A DNA stretch of 64,000 nt, taken from IMG/VR virus record IMGVR_UViG_3300037339_000405, positions 31,623-95,622 of that record. The stretch is one strand, 5' to 3'. Shown in pieces: positions 28,874 to 38,061 of this stretch. This DNA comes from a virus. The notes beneath the pieces were generated by a model. It saw nothing but the letters and a program-made list of their open reading frames with translations, did no database searches and was not told where the DNA came from. The stretch's first letter is position 1. Each line of letters opens with the position of its first letter. The translations under genes were made by a program, and so were the position numbers.

Positions 28874-30742
28874 GCCCCCACCCCCTCATGGCTACGCGCA
28901 GGTTGGGATTAGGATGCAACCGCCTCCATTCGTCAAGCACGCTAGGTGGGCGCTTCATCATGGGAGATCCCGATTCTGCGCGCCCCGCGCGTGGGTAGAG
29001 CACATACCTGTCACCCAGAAAAGACACGGCCTGCTGGCGACGCTTTTCCATCCTCTCGCGCGCTTCGTGCACCCGCTGCTCTTCCTCGTCAGGATCAGGC
29101 ACCGCCACCGCCGCGTTCACTGGGACATACTCTTCCCGCTGAGCAAACGCGCTACCGGCTTCCCCTTTCATTACAGCCGCAATCCAGCTGAGCATACCTG
29201 CCTCCGTGCAATCAATTGCAATCAATACAGATGGTACAGATGCACCAGACGATTCAACAGTGCCTCATCAGACGACAGTAAGTCGTAAGAGGCGTCAGCA
29301 GCTGTGCGCACAATGCGCTCATCTCGCGCCGTCATCTGCCCAACGAACTGTAGCAAATGCGTGGCCATCTCCCGCAACTGATCATCACTGAAAGCCAAAC
29401 TAGGTCTCATTTTGGCTACTGTTCTGTCAGGCATATGTATTGCTGACACTCGCTCGGGGTCACCGTATTGAAGTAGTACGCGTATTCTTCTCGCGCATCC
29501 CCCCGCTCGATCACCACTTCTTCACGCACCAGCGGATGCCTGCCTTTGCACTGACAAACACAGCCCGCATACTCGATGCCCGTGCGTAGCCCCAACACGT
29601 ACAGCTGCACGCACCCGTGCTCAGGGTACACGTCCAGAACCTTGCCGTACTCGATCACTTCGGTAATCACGATTAGATTCTAGCCCGGGTATCCCCTCCT
29701 GAGCAGGGAGTCATGCCTCATAAGAAGCGACGCGGGCAATGCGAGCCCCATTCTGCAGAATGCACGCGGTAACAACTCTGGACCCAGACCCCAGATGGCT
29801 ATTGGCACCACCCGGTTCCAGCGACTTGTTGAAGTGGTCCACCCACTTCTTGAGGTTGTTGTTGGTGGGTTTGCCGTAGCCGGGGATCTGGTAGCGCTGA
29901 CCCACCCGCCATTCCATAGGGGAGATGTATCCCGCGACTGGTTTCACTTGAATCACGTACTTCGGAGCGTAAGAGCGTCCCATGATCCCTCCACTAGTTA
30001 ATCATCATAGATCGAGTTAAGTCCAGCACGATTAAACGCCACACCCACAGCCTTCGCAGCACGCTTAATACTCACACTACTACGGTAGTCTATGCGCGCA
30101 AAGTCTGGGAACCACTTCACCGAACCCGTCGCAAGTATTCTTACGTACTCCACAGCCCTACGCATCTTCGGCGCCACCTCTGCAGCGTAACCCTCGGCCG
30201 TCTCACCGTCTCGCATTTTTGGAAATGCATCTGGTGGGGCACGCTTCGCGCAAACAGCCTTCGCAAGTTCACGCTCATAGACACTCCAAAACACGGCCAC
30301 CCGTTCCTTAACCTCCGCTACGCCCTTATCGCTCATCTCAGCCCCCTTAATCCATCCGGCTCATTGAATAGGCATTGAGCCCGGCAGCATTCAGCACCAT
30401 CGCAAAAGCACCGGCATACGCTTCTTTGCGAGCGAGAGACTGATTGAACTCACTCACCCAGAGCATGTACCCGCCCTCATAGGAATCGGCCTTGCCCATC
30501 CCGCGAGACTTCAGGTAACTGACAAACGGGCCACGCGCGGGGCGAATCTTGATCCACGCAAACCCGCACACGCCATCCATAATGGGAGCGTATTTGCGCA
30601 TGATCGGGCTTGCATCATCCAGCGGGTTGGCCCGCTCCACCACGATCATCGGAATCGGCACCACCTCTGCCGCCGCTTCCAAACCCGCCGCTCGCGCACG
30701 CGCGAACAACTCGCCCATCTCCTTGCGTTCCGCAGCTTTCAT
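28842..30742 (-). other. cluster of six small hypothetical genes (28842-29225, 29222-29449, 29416-29670, 29711-29983, 29998-30336, 30347-30742)
   Basis: Tiled small ORFs downstream of the promoter at 30776-30803. Confidence 0.55.
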
Positions 30743-30745
30743 TTT

Positions 30746-30805
30746 TCGCCCTCCTTGGCTAAACACTACAGTCTTATGATACCACGTACAGCAGGATTGT
30801 CAAGC
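30746..30805 (-). repeat. 60-bp promoter+RBS cassette, copy 1 (identical to 33374-33433; partial copy 40332-40374)
   Basis: Exact direct repeat containing TTGACA-N16-TATCAT and AAGGAGG. Confidence 0.9.
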
Positions 30806-30808
30806 ATT

Positions 30809-30834
30809 AAAAAAGCGGGCCTAGCCCGCCTTTA
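30809..30834 (-). terminator. intrinsic terminator ending the zeta-like kinase unit
   Basis: Minus strand GCGGGC-TAG-GCCCGC followed by TTTTTT. Confidence 0.8.
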
Positions 30835-30851
30835 CAGATACCCGGAGACCC

Positions 30852-31055
30852 CTATTTGGAGGGGGCCAACGGGTTTGCCTTCAGCCAGTCTTCATAGGCT
30901 TTGCGCTCATCAAGATCACGCAGAGCCTCCAAAGGAACCCCTTGGCGAGCAAGCGAGCCATAGAACTCATCTGGGCTAAACTTGCGTACTTCACCCGGGT
31001 CATTCTCATACACGTCCTGCCTGTGCGGCGGGATAAACACCTTGTCGGCTGCCAT
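30852..31055 (-). CDS. small protein downstream of zeta-like kinase
   Basis: GGAG RBS; lies before the terminator. Confidence 0.6.
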   Translation of the reverse strand: MAADKVFIPPHRQDVYENDPGEVRKFSPDEFYGSLARQGVPLEALRDLDERKAYEDWLKANPLAPSK

Positions 31056-31063
31056 GCTGTCTC

Positions 31064-32191
31064 CTAACCCAATGGGGCCTTTCTCACTGAAATCCTCGGC
31101 AAGCGGGTCGTCACCGGCTTGGCTCTGACCCCTTTACCAGTAGCGCTGTCGTACTCAGCAACTTTAATCGCCGGCTTGTCTCTTGCCACTTCGTTGTTGA
31201 ACACAGACCATTTCTCAAAGTGAGTAGACAGCTGCTCAAAATTCTTCTCATTGTTGAAGCCACTTAGAATTGCTGAAGGAGGAACCAGCCTCCCACGCTG
31301 ACCCGGTCCCTTGCCTCTCCACCTTTCCACCGCACGCTGCGCCGCTAGCTGCGGGGGCAAATGGACGAAAGCCCCCTGTACACTGTAACCAGCCTTGGAA
31401 AAACTGGTTATCCTATCTAAAGCTGGGTCATAGCTCTTCATCGTAGCGTCAAGAACCACGTTATACCCGGCAGCTTTTGCTCTTCGTGCCGCCATATCAA
31501 AAAGATGCCCGCTTTCCTCATGGTAAATGGCAGCCTTGGATTCCCAACCCTTGACTTTGTCACGCTCGGCCAGCCTCTCCTTGAAGTGATCGGCATCAAT
31601 CACAAGAGTCTTAGCCGGATCATACAAATGCAGAGACACTGGCCGAGAATCACTGCGTGCACCGCTTTTTCCACTGCCTCCACGCCCCCCCAATACCAAA
31701 GCCGTTGGTGCAACACCCACCGGCGGTATAGCGTTAGCGGCACCCTTGAAGAACTCAACAAGGATCTCATCATGCACCTTCGTGCGTTCCGCACTAAAAG
31801 AATCTTTCGTGGCCCCGGCATGAACCATGTGAGTACTTTTGCCGGCAGCTATATCTGCGTCCACTGCGGCCATTTCACGCAGAAACTCCGCATGATCCGC
31901 CTTGCTTAACGTAGCAAAGAGGATCTCGTCTTCTATTTCAGCCCTCCCAGACTGGGTTTCTACTCGCGGGTCGGCGGACTCATTGAATAGAGAAGACGCG
32001 GAACCTCCGGGGGTGACCCTCTCTCCCGGCCGCGCATTGATGGCTTCTCGTACCTTTACCGGGCGCTTGCGCACCATCGCGCCACCAACACTGGCGCCTA
32101 ACGATTTAATCCACTTACCATATTCATCCCTAGGCTGGCTGGGGTCGAATTCCTTACGGACGTTCTGGAAAATGGAAGGGATGTTCAACAT
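31064..32191 (-). CDS. zeta-toxin-like P-loop kinase with N-terminal FDPSQPRDEYGKW tag
   Basis: LGGRGGSGKS, IDAD.FK, YHEES, VVLDAT and R..R..GR.VP motifs. Confidence 0.85.
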   Translation of the reverse strand: MLNIPSIFQNVRKEFDPSQPRDEYGKWIKSLGASVGGAMVRKRPVKVREAINARPGERVTPGGSASSLFNESADPRVETQSGRAEIEDEILFATLSKADHAEFLREMAAVDADIAAGKSTHMVHAGATKDSFSAERTKVHDEILVEFFKGAANAIPPVGVAPTALVLGGRGGSGKSGARSDSRPVSLHLYDPAKTLVIDADHFKERLAERDKVKGWESKAAIYHEESGHLFDMAARRAKAAGYNVVLDATMKSYDPALDRITSFSKAGYSVQGAFVHLPPQLAAQRAVERWRGKGPGQRGRLVPPSAILSGFNNEKNFEQLSTHFEKWSVFNNEVARDKPAIKVAEYDSATGKGVRAKPVTTRLPRISVRKAPLG

Positions 32192-32295
32192 CAGGCAATC
32201 TCCATAGGACTGCCCGCCATTATACGCAGCCAGCGGCTCCTAACCAGCGCTGCTAGAAGGCTCCCCTGCCAACATTTGCACTTGCTTGCACGCTA

Positions 32296-32700
32296 GGGGC
32301 TTGAGTGCTGTGCGCTGCACAAGTGCATCGTCCTGTTTAGCCTTTCGGCATCAAGTCCAGCAGCCGCTTTCGCCGCAACGCACAGCCTCAAACCCCCTCA
32401 ATCAGCACAACAGATCCCACACCTTTCTCCAATCAGTGGACAGCAAGCATCCTGCGACGAGAGCCTCGGTACCTTTCCGGGGCGGGAGAAAGGCGCCTGC
32501 GCAACGAATAGCGCACCATGCGCTGATTACGGGGGCGCTTCCACTCCTCAGCGGCACGCTTGGGAAGGTCGGTTCGTAGCCTACGCCTGCGTCTCTTCGA
32601 CGACTCACGCTGTAAAAAAGTGTGCGCAACAGGGCTACCGTATGACAATAGCCGAAACCTGCGGCGTACTTGAATCACCCTCCGCCACGAACCAAAAATA
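32296..32700 (-). ncRNA. candidate large structured RNA
   Basis: Gap without a convincing ORF; several nested helices and GAAA tetraloops on the minus strand. Confidence 0.45.
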
Positions 32701-33006
32701 CGGTGCATCTAGGTCTCCTCAAGACGTTGCTCAGCCCCCTGCATTGCTTCATCGAACCACTTGTACTCCAGATCAAACGCGAGATAGTGCGGCGGCTGAT
32801 TCGTTTTCACAGTGATGCACCGGACAGAAACCACCCGCCACGCTTCAGGCAGGTAAATCTCCATACCACGCGTGTAGAGCCCCCCCGGCAGCCTAGACAC
32901 CGTCCACCATCGACTCCCCAGATCCTGCGTAGCACAGCGCTCAGCGTCCCTGAGAGCCGTCTTGAACGGCACTTTGAAAGTCGGTTCCAGTTCCATCACC
33001 ACCTCC

Positions 33007-33372
33007 CTAGCGCAGGTAAACGGCCCCGTAAGCACTCACGGCACTCACCCCTGCATCCTCGGCAAAGATGTTGCCCCGGGCATGCTTGGCGGGCGTCCGC
33101 CACGTAGCGGCCTTCAACACGTCCCCAGTGCCCATGTCCACGAAACAGTACGCGGAACGACTCACCGAGCCCCCAAGATAAAGGGACCACACCCGGATGT
33201 ACTTGCGGCCAACCTCAATCTCCAGTGCCTTCTTGCACGCGTCTATTTCGTACTGGGCATTGTTCAAAGCCAGCTTGTGCCGCGCCCCCTCAAGGAATCG
33301 CTTCATTTTTTCCGCGAACCCCGGTGCAAGCTTGGCGATTTCAGCCGCTTCGTTGTAATCCTTGGATTTCAT
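33007..33372 (-). CDS. hypothetical protein
   Basis: GRKYIRV..S..CFVD..TGD.LKAATW..PAK..RGNI; first gene behind promoter cassette copy 2. Confidence 0.7.
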   Translation of the reverse strand: MKSKDYNEAAEIAKLAPGFAEKMKRFLEGARHKLALNNAQYEIDACKKALEIEVGRKYIRVWSLYLGGSVSRSAYCFVDMGTGDVLKAATWRTPAKHARGNIFAEDAGVSAVSAYGAVYLR

Positions 33373-33373
33373 C

Positions 33374-33433
33374 TCGCCCTCCTTGGCTAAACACTACAGT
33401 CTTATGATACCACGTACAGCAGGATTGTCAAGC
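33374..33433 (-). promoter_or_regulatory. 60-bp promoter+RBS cassette, copy 2
   Basis: Identical to 30746-30805. Confidence 0.9.
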
Positions 33434-33708
33434 TGCGCAGGGTTAGTGATTCAGCACCTTTGTGAAATCAGGTGCGGTCATTTCATCGTACAGGGCAATT
33501 CTGAAACTATGCCACCCATCTTGTGAGGCACGATCTTTAATCGCTTGAATATCGGCTGGCGTATGGCAATGCGATGACAAAATGTCTTCGCGCCACTCCT
33601 CCGTGACCCCTTCAGGCAATCCGTAAACAAGAAATGTCGGCATGGTAGGCTCCTTCTACGCTGCTTTACCACTCCATTGTACCAGGTTACTACCGTTTGT
33701 CAACTACC

Positions 33709-34557
33709 TCACGATACTATGGACTGCCCCTTGGCCAGCACTGCAGCCCCCAAAAGCGCTATCAGCGCCTGCTCTTCCTCGCTAGTGATAAGCTTAGACT
33801 CCTGCTCGAAAGCCAGCGTAGGCTGCGGAGACCCGTCCACAGCGACTTTGGAAGCCTTCGCAACAGCGTTGACCTGCTTAGTCACCGACTTCTTGATCGC
33901 CCCACCTGCGGCCTGCCACTGATCCGAAAGCCCATAGTTGGCTGCGCAAACCGGACCAAAACCAACCGCCACACTGTTCTCCTTCTCCAACGACTTGCCA
34001 CAAAAGCAGCAGGCTCCACTCATCTTGCCGAGCTTGATCACTACCTCAATCGGATTAGCCGCGAACTCGATCAACAGCTTGGCTGCGTTGGCGAACGCTT
34101 CCGGCGACACCTTGTATCCCTTGGAGAACGCCCCTTGCTTGCTGATGACCCCGTAGAACACGTTGTCAGGGTATTTGTGCCCATCAGTCACCATCAACTG
34201 CCCGGCATACTTGCTGCCCGCACCAGCAATGGACAGTTCCAGCTTCCCACCCTCCACTGGCAAGGTGATTGACGGGTACTTGAGCTTTTTGTTGGCAGTG
34301 GCGAACATCTCGTACAGTAGGGTTGCGCCACCCAACTCCACCTTAATCAGTGGGGGTGCCGCCTCTTTCTTGTTGCCCAGTGCAGCCTCCATCATGCGAT
34401 CAAACCACGGCTTCTGCTTCTCAGTCAGCCCCCCAAACTTCAAAACCCCGTTCGCAAGGCTCATAGCGAATTGCTGGTCCTTCACAGACAAACTACCCAT
34501 TGCATCCAGCAGCATCTTGGCTTGCTCTTTCAGTGGAAGGCTCTTGTACTCAATCAT
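33709..34557 (-). CDS. DUF6011-like Zn-finger protein
   Basis: C-terminal CCFCGKSL...SVAVGFGPVCA; own TTGACA-N16-TACAAT promoter at 34590-34617. Confidence 0.7.
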   Translation of the reverse strand: MIEYKSLPLKEQAKMLLDAMGSLSVKDQQFAMSLANGVLKFGGLTEKQKPWFDRMMEAALGNKKEAAPPLIKVELGGATLLYEMFATANKKLKYPSITLPVEGGKLELSIAGAGSKYAGQLMVTDGHKYPDNVFYGVISKQGAFSKGYKVSPEAFANAAKLLIEFAANPIEVVIKLGKMSGACCFCGKSLEKENSVAVGFGPVCAANYGLSDQWQAAGGAIKKSVTKQVNAVAKASKVAVDGSPQPTLAFEQESKLITSEEEQALIALLGAAVLAKGQSIVS

Positions 34558-34617
34558 CTCCGCACTCCTTTGCAGATCACAATACATTCATTGTATCACG
34601 TTTGCTTCGTTTGTCAA

Positions 34618-35466
34618 CTACTGCGACAGATCGACCCCCACCACTACCGGCTCGCCCTTGGCACGGTACACCTTGCGCACCGTGAACTTGCTCCCAACTG
34701 GCAAGATCAATTCCGTCTCATTGCCAGCCTTAGACATACCACCTACATAGAGACCCTTCTGGCCCTTCTTGACATTGATTGCAAGCAGAAACACCTTCTC
34801 TTGTAGCGTCTTATGCTCCAATCCAGAAAACTCGATTGCCTTCGAGCGTTTGATAGCCGTGGACGACATGGCCTTACTCTCAATTGTCTTGCCCACGAAT
34901 TCTTCCACGTTCTGTGGAGTCATGCCTAACGCCTGCCCACGCCCAGCAGTTACCGCGCGATAGGTAGTCAAGTCCGTCTCGATCTCCTTCGCAGCCACTG
35001 CTGCATTCAACACTTGAGCCCTCTTCAACCAAAAGGCTTTGATCTCATCTCCTCTTGGATTTGAAGGATCAACAATAGCTCTGTTCATGTGCCGGAACCC
35101 TGCCCGGGTGTAATCATCCAAGGCATCTTTTTCATCTACCAAAAATTCCTGAATGTATTGACGATGTGACTCAGATATCGCATTCACCACCTCGGTCTCT
35201 TTCAGCCGCTCAGCTGTACGGAGTTTGTTGTAGATTATCCCTGCCCGCGCTGCCTCTTTAAGCTCTTCCATCCTCTCGGCAGAGATCCACATGTTTGGCA
35301 GGCCAAGCATCTTCTTCATGCCAGCCACTTCAGCAGCTACTTGCGCACCCACCTCCTCGTCGGTAGCGGTAACTGCCCCGGAAGAAATGAACTGACCCCC
35401 TTCAGTCGTGCCCACCGGGGCGCGCGGTTGATCCGGGCTATAGCGAAGAACATGTGCGTACATCAT
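34618..35466 (-). CDS. VIP2-like (R-S-ExE) ADP-ribosyltransferase with N-terminal YSPDQPR..EGGQF tag
   Basis: DYT..GF..MN, TYRA, SSTA and ETELILP.G motifs. Confidence 0.85.
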   Translation of the reverse strand: MMYAHVLRYSPDQPRAPVGTTEGGQFISSGAVTATDEEVGAQVAAEVAGMKKMLGLPNMWISAERMEELKEAARAGIIYNKLRTAERLKETEVVNAISESHRQYIQEFLVDEKDALDDYTRAGFRHMNRAIVDPSNPRGDEIKAFWLKRAQVLNAAVAAKEIETDLTTYRAVTAGRGQALGMTPQNVEEFVGKTIESKAMSSTAIKRSKAIEFSGLEHKTLQEKVFLLAINVKKGQKGLYVGGMSKAGNETELILPVGSKFTVRKVYRAKGEPVVVGVDLSQ

Positions 35467-36809
35467 TGAACCAAATCCACATGCATCACAACCCGGGGTA
35501 CCTTTCTATCCCCCACCGCCACTGACTCTTTCGTAGCTTTACGCACCACGTAGGATGCATTGCGTGGCAGCACCACTTCGTCTTCCGCACTCACGAGAGA
35601 CACGGTTTTGACAAACAGTCCTTTGGCCTCTTTCGGGGCATTGATCACCAGAAGCACTTCCCCAAAGCCTTTGGCTGAATCAGCATTCACAGACGTGCTC
35701 TGAAACGCAGGGTCCTTGATCACCTTACCCACTGAACCAAGGGCATCCTCCATAGAAGAGAAAAGCCTATTAGACCCTATTTTGGCACCACGAAACAGTT
35801 GCACATCCTTACCCAGACTCGTCTTTTCCAAAGCCTCATCCAGTGCCTCTATCTTTTGGCGCACTACCTTCTCGTAGTGAGAGTTCCCATCTGGGTAGTC
35901 CTGTTCCCACCAATCCTTCCTACCTGCTAGAAGCTTGTTCATCGCGCCATACGAACTATCAGTGTAGTCAATTACGGCTTCTCGCAAGTTGGTGGGCAAA
36001 GCCTTTAGCTGCGCACGGTGTTGTGTATCAAATTCGCTGTAGGCTTCTGTACGATTAACCGGAGACGTAGCTATCCCTTGCCACTCATTGATGATGCGCT
36101 CTTCATCGTAGCCATACAGATTCACTGCACCACCTGCACCACCTGTAGCCGCGAACTGCCCCCCTTCCGAATTACCCGCTGGGACACGTGGCTGCTCTGG
36201 GTCGTATCGCAGAATCTCTAATAGAGTGGACGCCGGCTCTTTCACACAAACCCCCCACGCAGTGTCAGCATCTTCTTTGGTAGTGAGATCCACCACCCGC
36301 GCGTTGATCTTCTTCAACCCTTTCTGCACCGCCGCCACCACCCTATGATGGCCGTTCATGATCCACGTCTCGCCTTTGTAACGGACGGCCTGCACCGGCT
36401 TGTCCAGCTGAGCCTGATCACCACTAATGAAGGACTTCACGCGCTCTTTGTTCACCACACTCTGCGTGACCACCAACTTGTCTAGGGGCACCTTGGAAAC
36501 ACGTAGCGTCTTGAAAAAAGAGGCACGCGCCTTGAGGTACTTGCCAATGTCTCCCTTGGCAGGGTCAACACCTATCTTGGCATTCAAGGCATCGAAAAAC
36601 GGCGCTTTCGAGTAGGGAACAAAGCGGGCGTTGTCCAGCGTCGTGTCGATCCGCTCTACCTGCTTCGGGTCATCCAACGTGCGGTCCGGCTTGTAGTCCA
36701 CGATCTTGCGATCAAGCTCACCGTACCCATCAAGGGTTAAGGCTCCGCCAGTGAACCGCCCACGCTCATCATGGTTGGGATTGAACTTCAAAATGACTGC
36801 GAAAGTCAC
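35463..36809 (-). CDS. two-cassette protein: ParB/Srx-like domain + VIP2-like ADP-ribosyltransferase
   Basis: TQ...P..V...IMNGHHR (ParB-like); YT..SY..MN, LFRG, FQSTS, EDEV.LPR (ART); a tag precedes each domain. Confidence 0.85.
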   Translation of the reverse strand: MTFAVILKFNPNHDERGRFTGGALTLDGYGELDRKIVDYKPDRTLDDPKQVERIDTTLDNARFVPYSKAPFFDALNAKIGVDPAKGDIGKYLKARASFFKTLRVSKVPLDKLVVTQSVVNKERVKSFISGDQAQLDKPVQAVRYKGETWIMNGHHRVVAAVQKGLKKINARVVDLTTKEDADTAWGVCVKEPASTLLEILRYDPEQPRVPAGNSEGGQFAATGGAGGAVNLYGYDEERIINEWQGIATSPVNRTEAYSEFDTQHRAQLKALPTNLREAVIDYTDSSYGAMNKLLAGRKDWWEQDYPDGNSHYEKVVRQKIEALDEALEKTSLGKDVQLFRGAKIGSNRLFSSMEDALGSVGKVIKDPAFQSTSVNADSAKGFGEVLLVINAPKEAKGLFVKTVSLVSAEDEVVLPRNASYVVRKATKESVAVGDRKVPRVVMHVDLVQ

Positions 36810-36820
36810 TCGCCATCCCC

Positions 36821-37084
36821 TTACTTCTGCTCAAACTGGATATCGTGATCGCCCTTGAAAGGTTTCTTGTGATTAGCATCTCCGGTGAGGATCTCTACAG
36901 GAATCCCCTTCGGGTACGCCTTACACTTGGTGGGGTCCTTGGCGGACTGGTGCTTACACTCGAAACATATCGGGGTATACAACGATACCCCATCGCTCAG
37001 AGTGAACTTTTCAGTTAAGCGCGCCGCCTTGGCTTCAGCCGCCTGCTTAAACGGCGCTATTTTCTTGTACTGGAAATCTAACAT
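36821..37084 (-). CDS. small Cys/His protein (CxxCxH..C.AYP.GIP..I..G...H..P..GD..I.F)
   Basis: Motif seen in sequence; directly upstream of the two ART genes. Confidence 0.65.
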   Translation of the reverse strand: MLDFQYKKIAPFKQAAEAKAARLTEKFTLSDGVSLYTPICFECKHQSAKDPTKCKAYPKGIPVEILTGDANHKKPFKGDHDIQFEQK

Positions 37085-38042
37085 CTTGCACCGCCTTGGT
37101 TAACCGGCTCAAAACGGATTCAATAATATCACGCTCACTCACCCTCCTAACAAGGCGCTCGGGCACCTCCTTCCCAAAGGAAGTGCGGCTTCCCCAATAA
37201 AGCCCCCATAGTGCGCCGGCAACAGCCCCTACAGAATCAGAATCCCCACCGTGAGCAATAGACAGTACCAGCAGTTGCGAGAACGAACCATCTGCTACAT
37301 GCAGCGCCCAGCACGCCATCTTGAGGCACTCCAACCCCGTCCACCCCTGCCCCAGCTGCTCGATCTTAGTCGCCAATTCAACCAGCTGCCGGGAAGCCCG
37401 CCCCAATCGGTATCGCGGTCCATCAGGCTCCAGTGACTCAGTGCTAGTAACCAATTCCAGCGCTGCCGCTACCCACAGTTGGGACGCTGCGAAAGCTTCG
37501 GTACCGCCATGCGTGATACGGGTATCCATGTAAGCAAGCTGCTTCTGCTCCCACACTCCAACACCACGCCACAGTAAAGGGGCGGCGGCAATCGTAAGCA
37601 GACGCATCACCCCGCCACACCCGTTTCGATCATTCGCTTTACGGGCACCCCTTGCAGCTTGCTGCCGCAGGCTGCTCATGACCGTGTCGCCCGGATGTCG
37701 CATCTTTTTCATGGCGGGATACATGAACAGGCGTGACTCATAGGGCAGCCGCTCCACCACCCTTTCACCCGTTTGAGCGCGGAACCACCATGAGTACCCC
37801 GCGCGCAAGTAGGACGCTACCAGTTCAGTGCTGTACCGAGAATATACCGCGCGGCACTCTATCAGGGCCTCCAGTCCAAACAACGTCATCTGAGTGTCGT
37901 CAGTGATACTGATCTCGGTGTCTGCGTCAACGTACTTCTGCACTTCACAGAACGAAGGTTCACCAAACTCAAACGGATCTCCGATAGCATCGCAGACGGC
38001 CTGCGCACGCAAAGCCGTTGCAATTGATTGCATAGTCAGCAT
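37047..38042 (-). CDS. ADP-ribosylglycohydrolase (DraG/ARH family)
   Basis: DAIG.P.E, TDDTQMT, NG.G..MR, THG and GGDSDS.GA.AGAL motifs. Confidence 0.92.
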   Translation of the reverse strand: MLTMQSIATALRAQAVCDAIGDPFEFGEPSFCEVQKYVDADTEISITDDTQMTLFGLEALIECRAVYSRYSTELVASYLRAGYSWWFRAQTGERVVERLPYESRLFMYPAMKKMRHPGDTVMSSLRQQAARGARKANDRNGCGGVMRLLTIAAAPLLWRGVGVWEQKQLAYMDTRITHGGTEAFAASQLWVAAALELVTSTESLEPDGPRYRLGRASRQLVELATKIEQLGQGWTGLECLKMACWALHVADGSFSQLLVLSIAHGGDSDSVGAVAGALWGLYWGSRTSFGKEVPERLVRRVSERDIIESVLSRLTKAVQDVRFPVQENSAV

Positions 38043-38061
38043 AAAGATTGCACTCCTGTGA

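Noticed and set aside
32335-32356. Hammerhead ribozyme (TTGAT-GCCGAAAGGC-TAAAC)
   Set aside because: Does not match the CUGAnGA and GAAA core consensus
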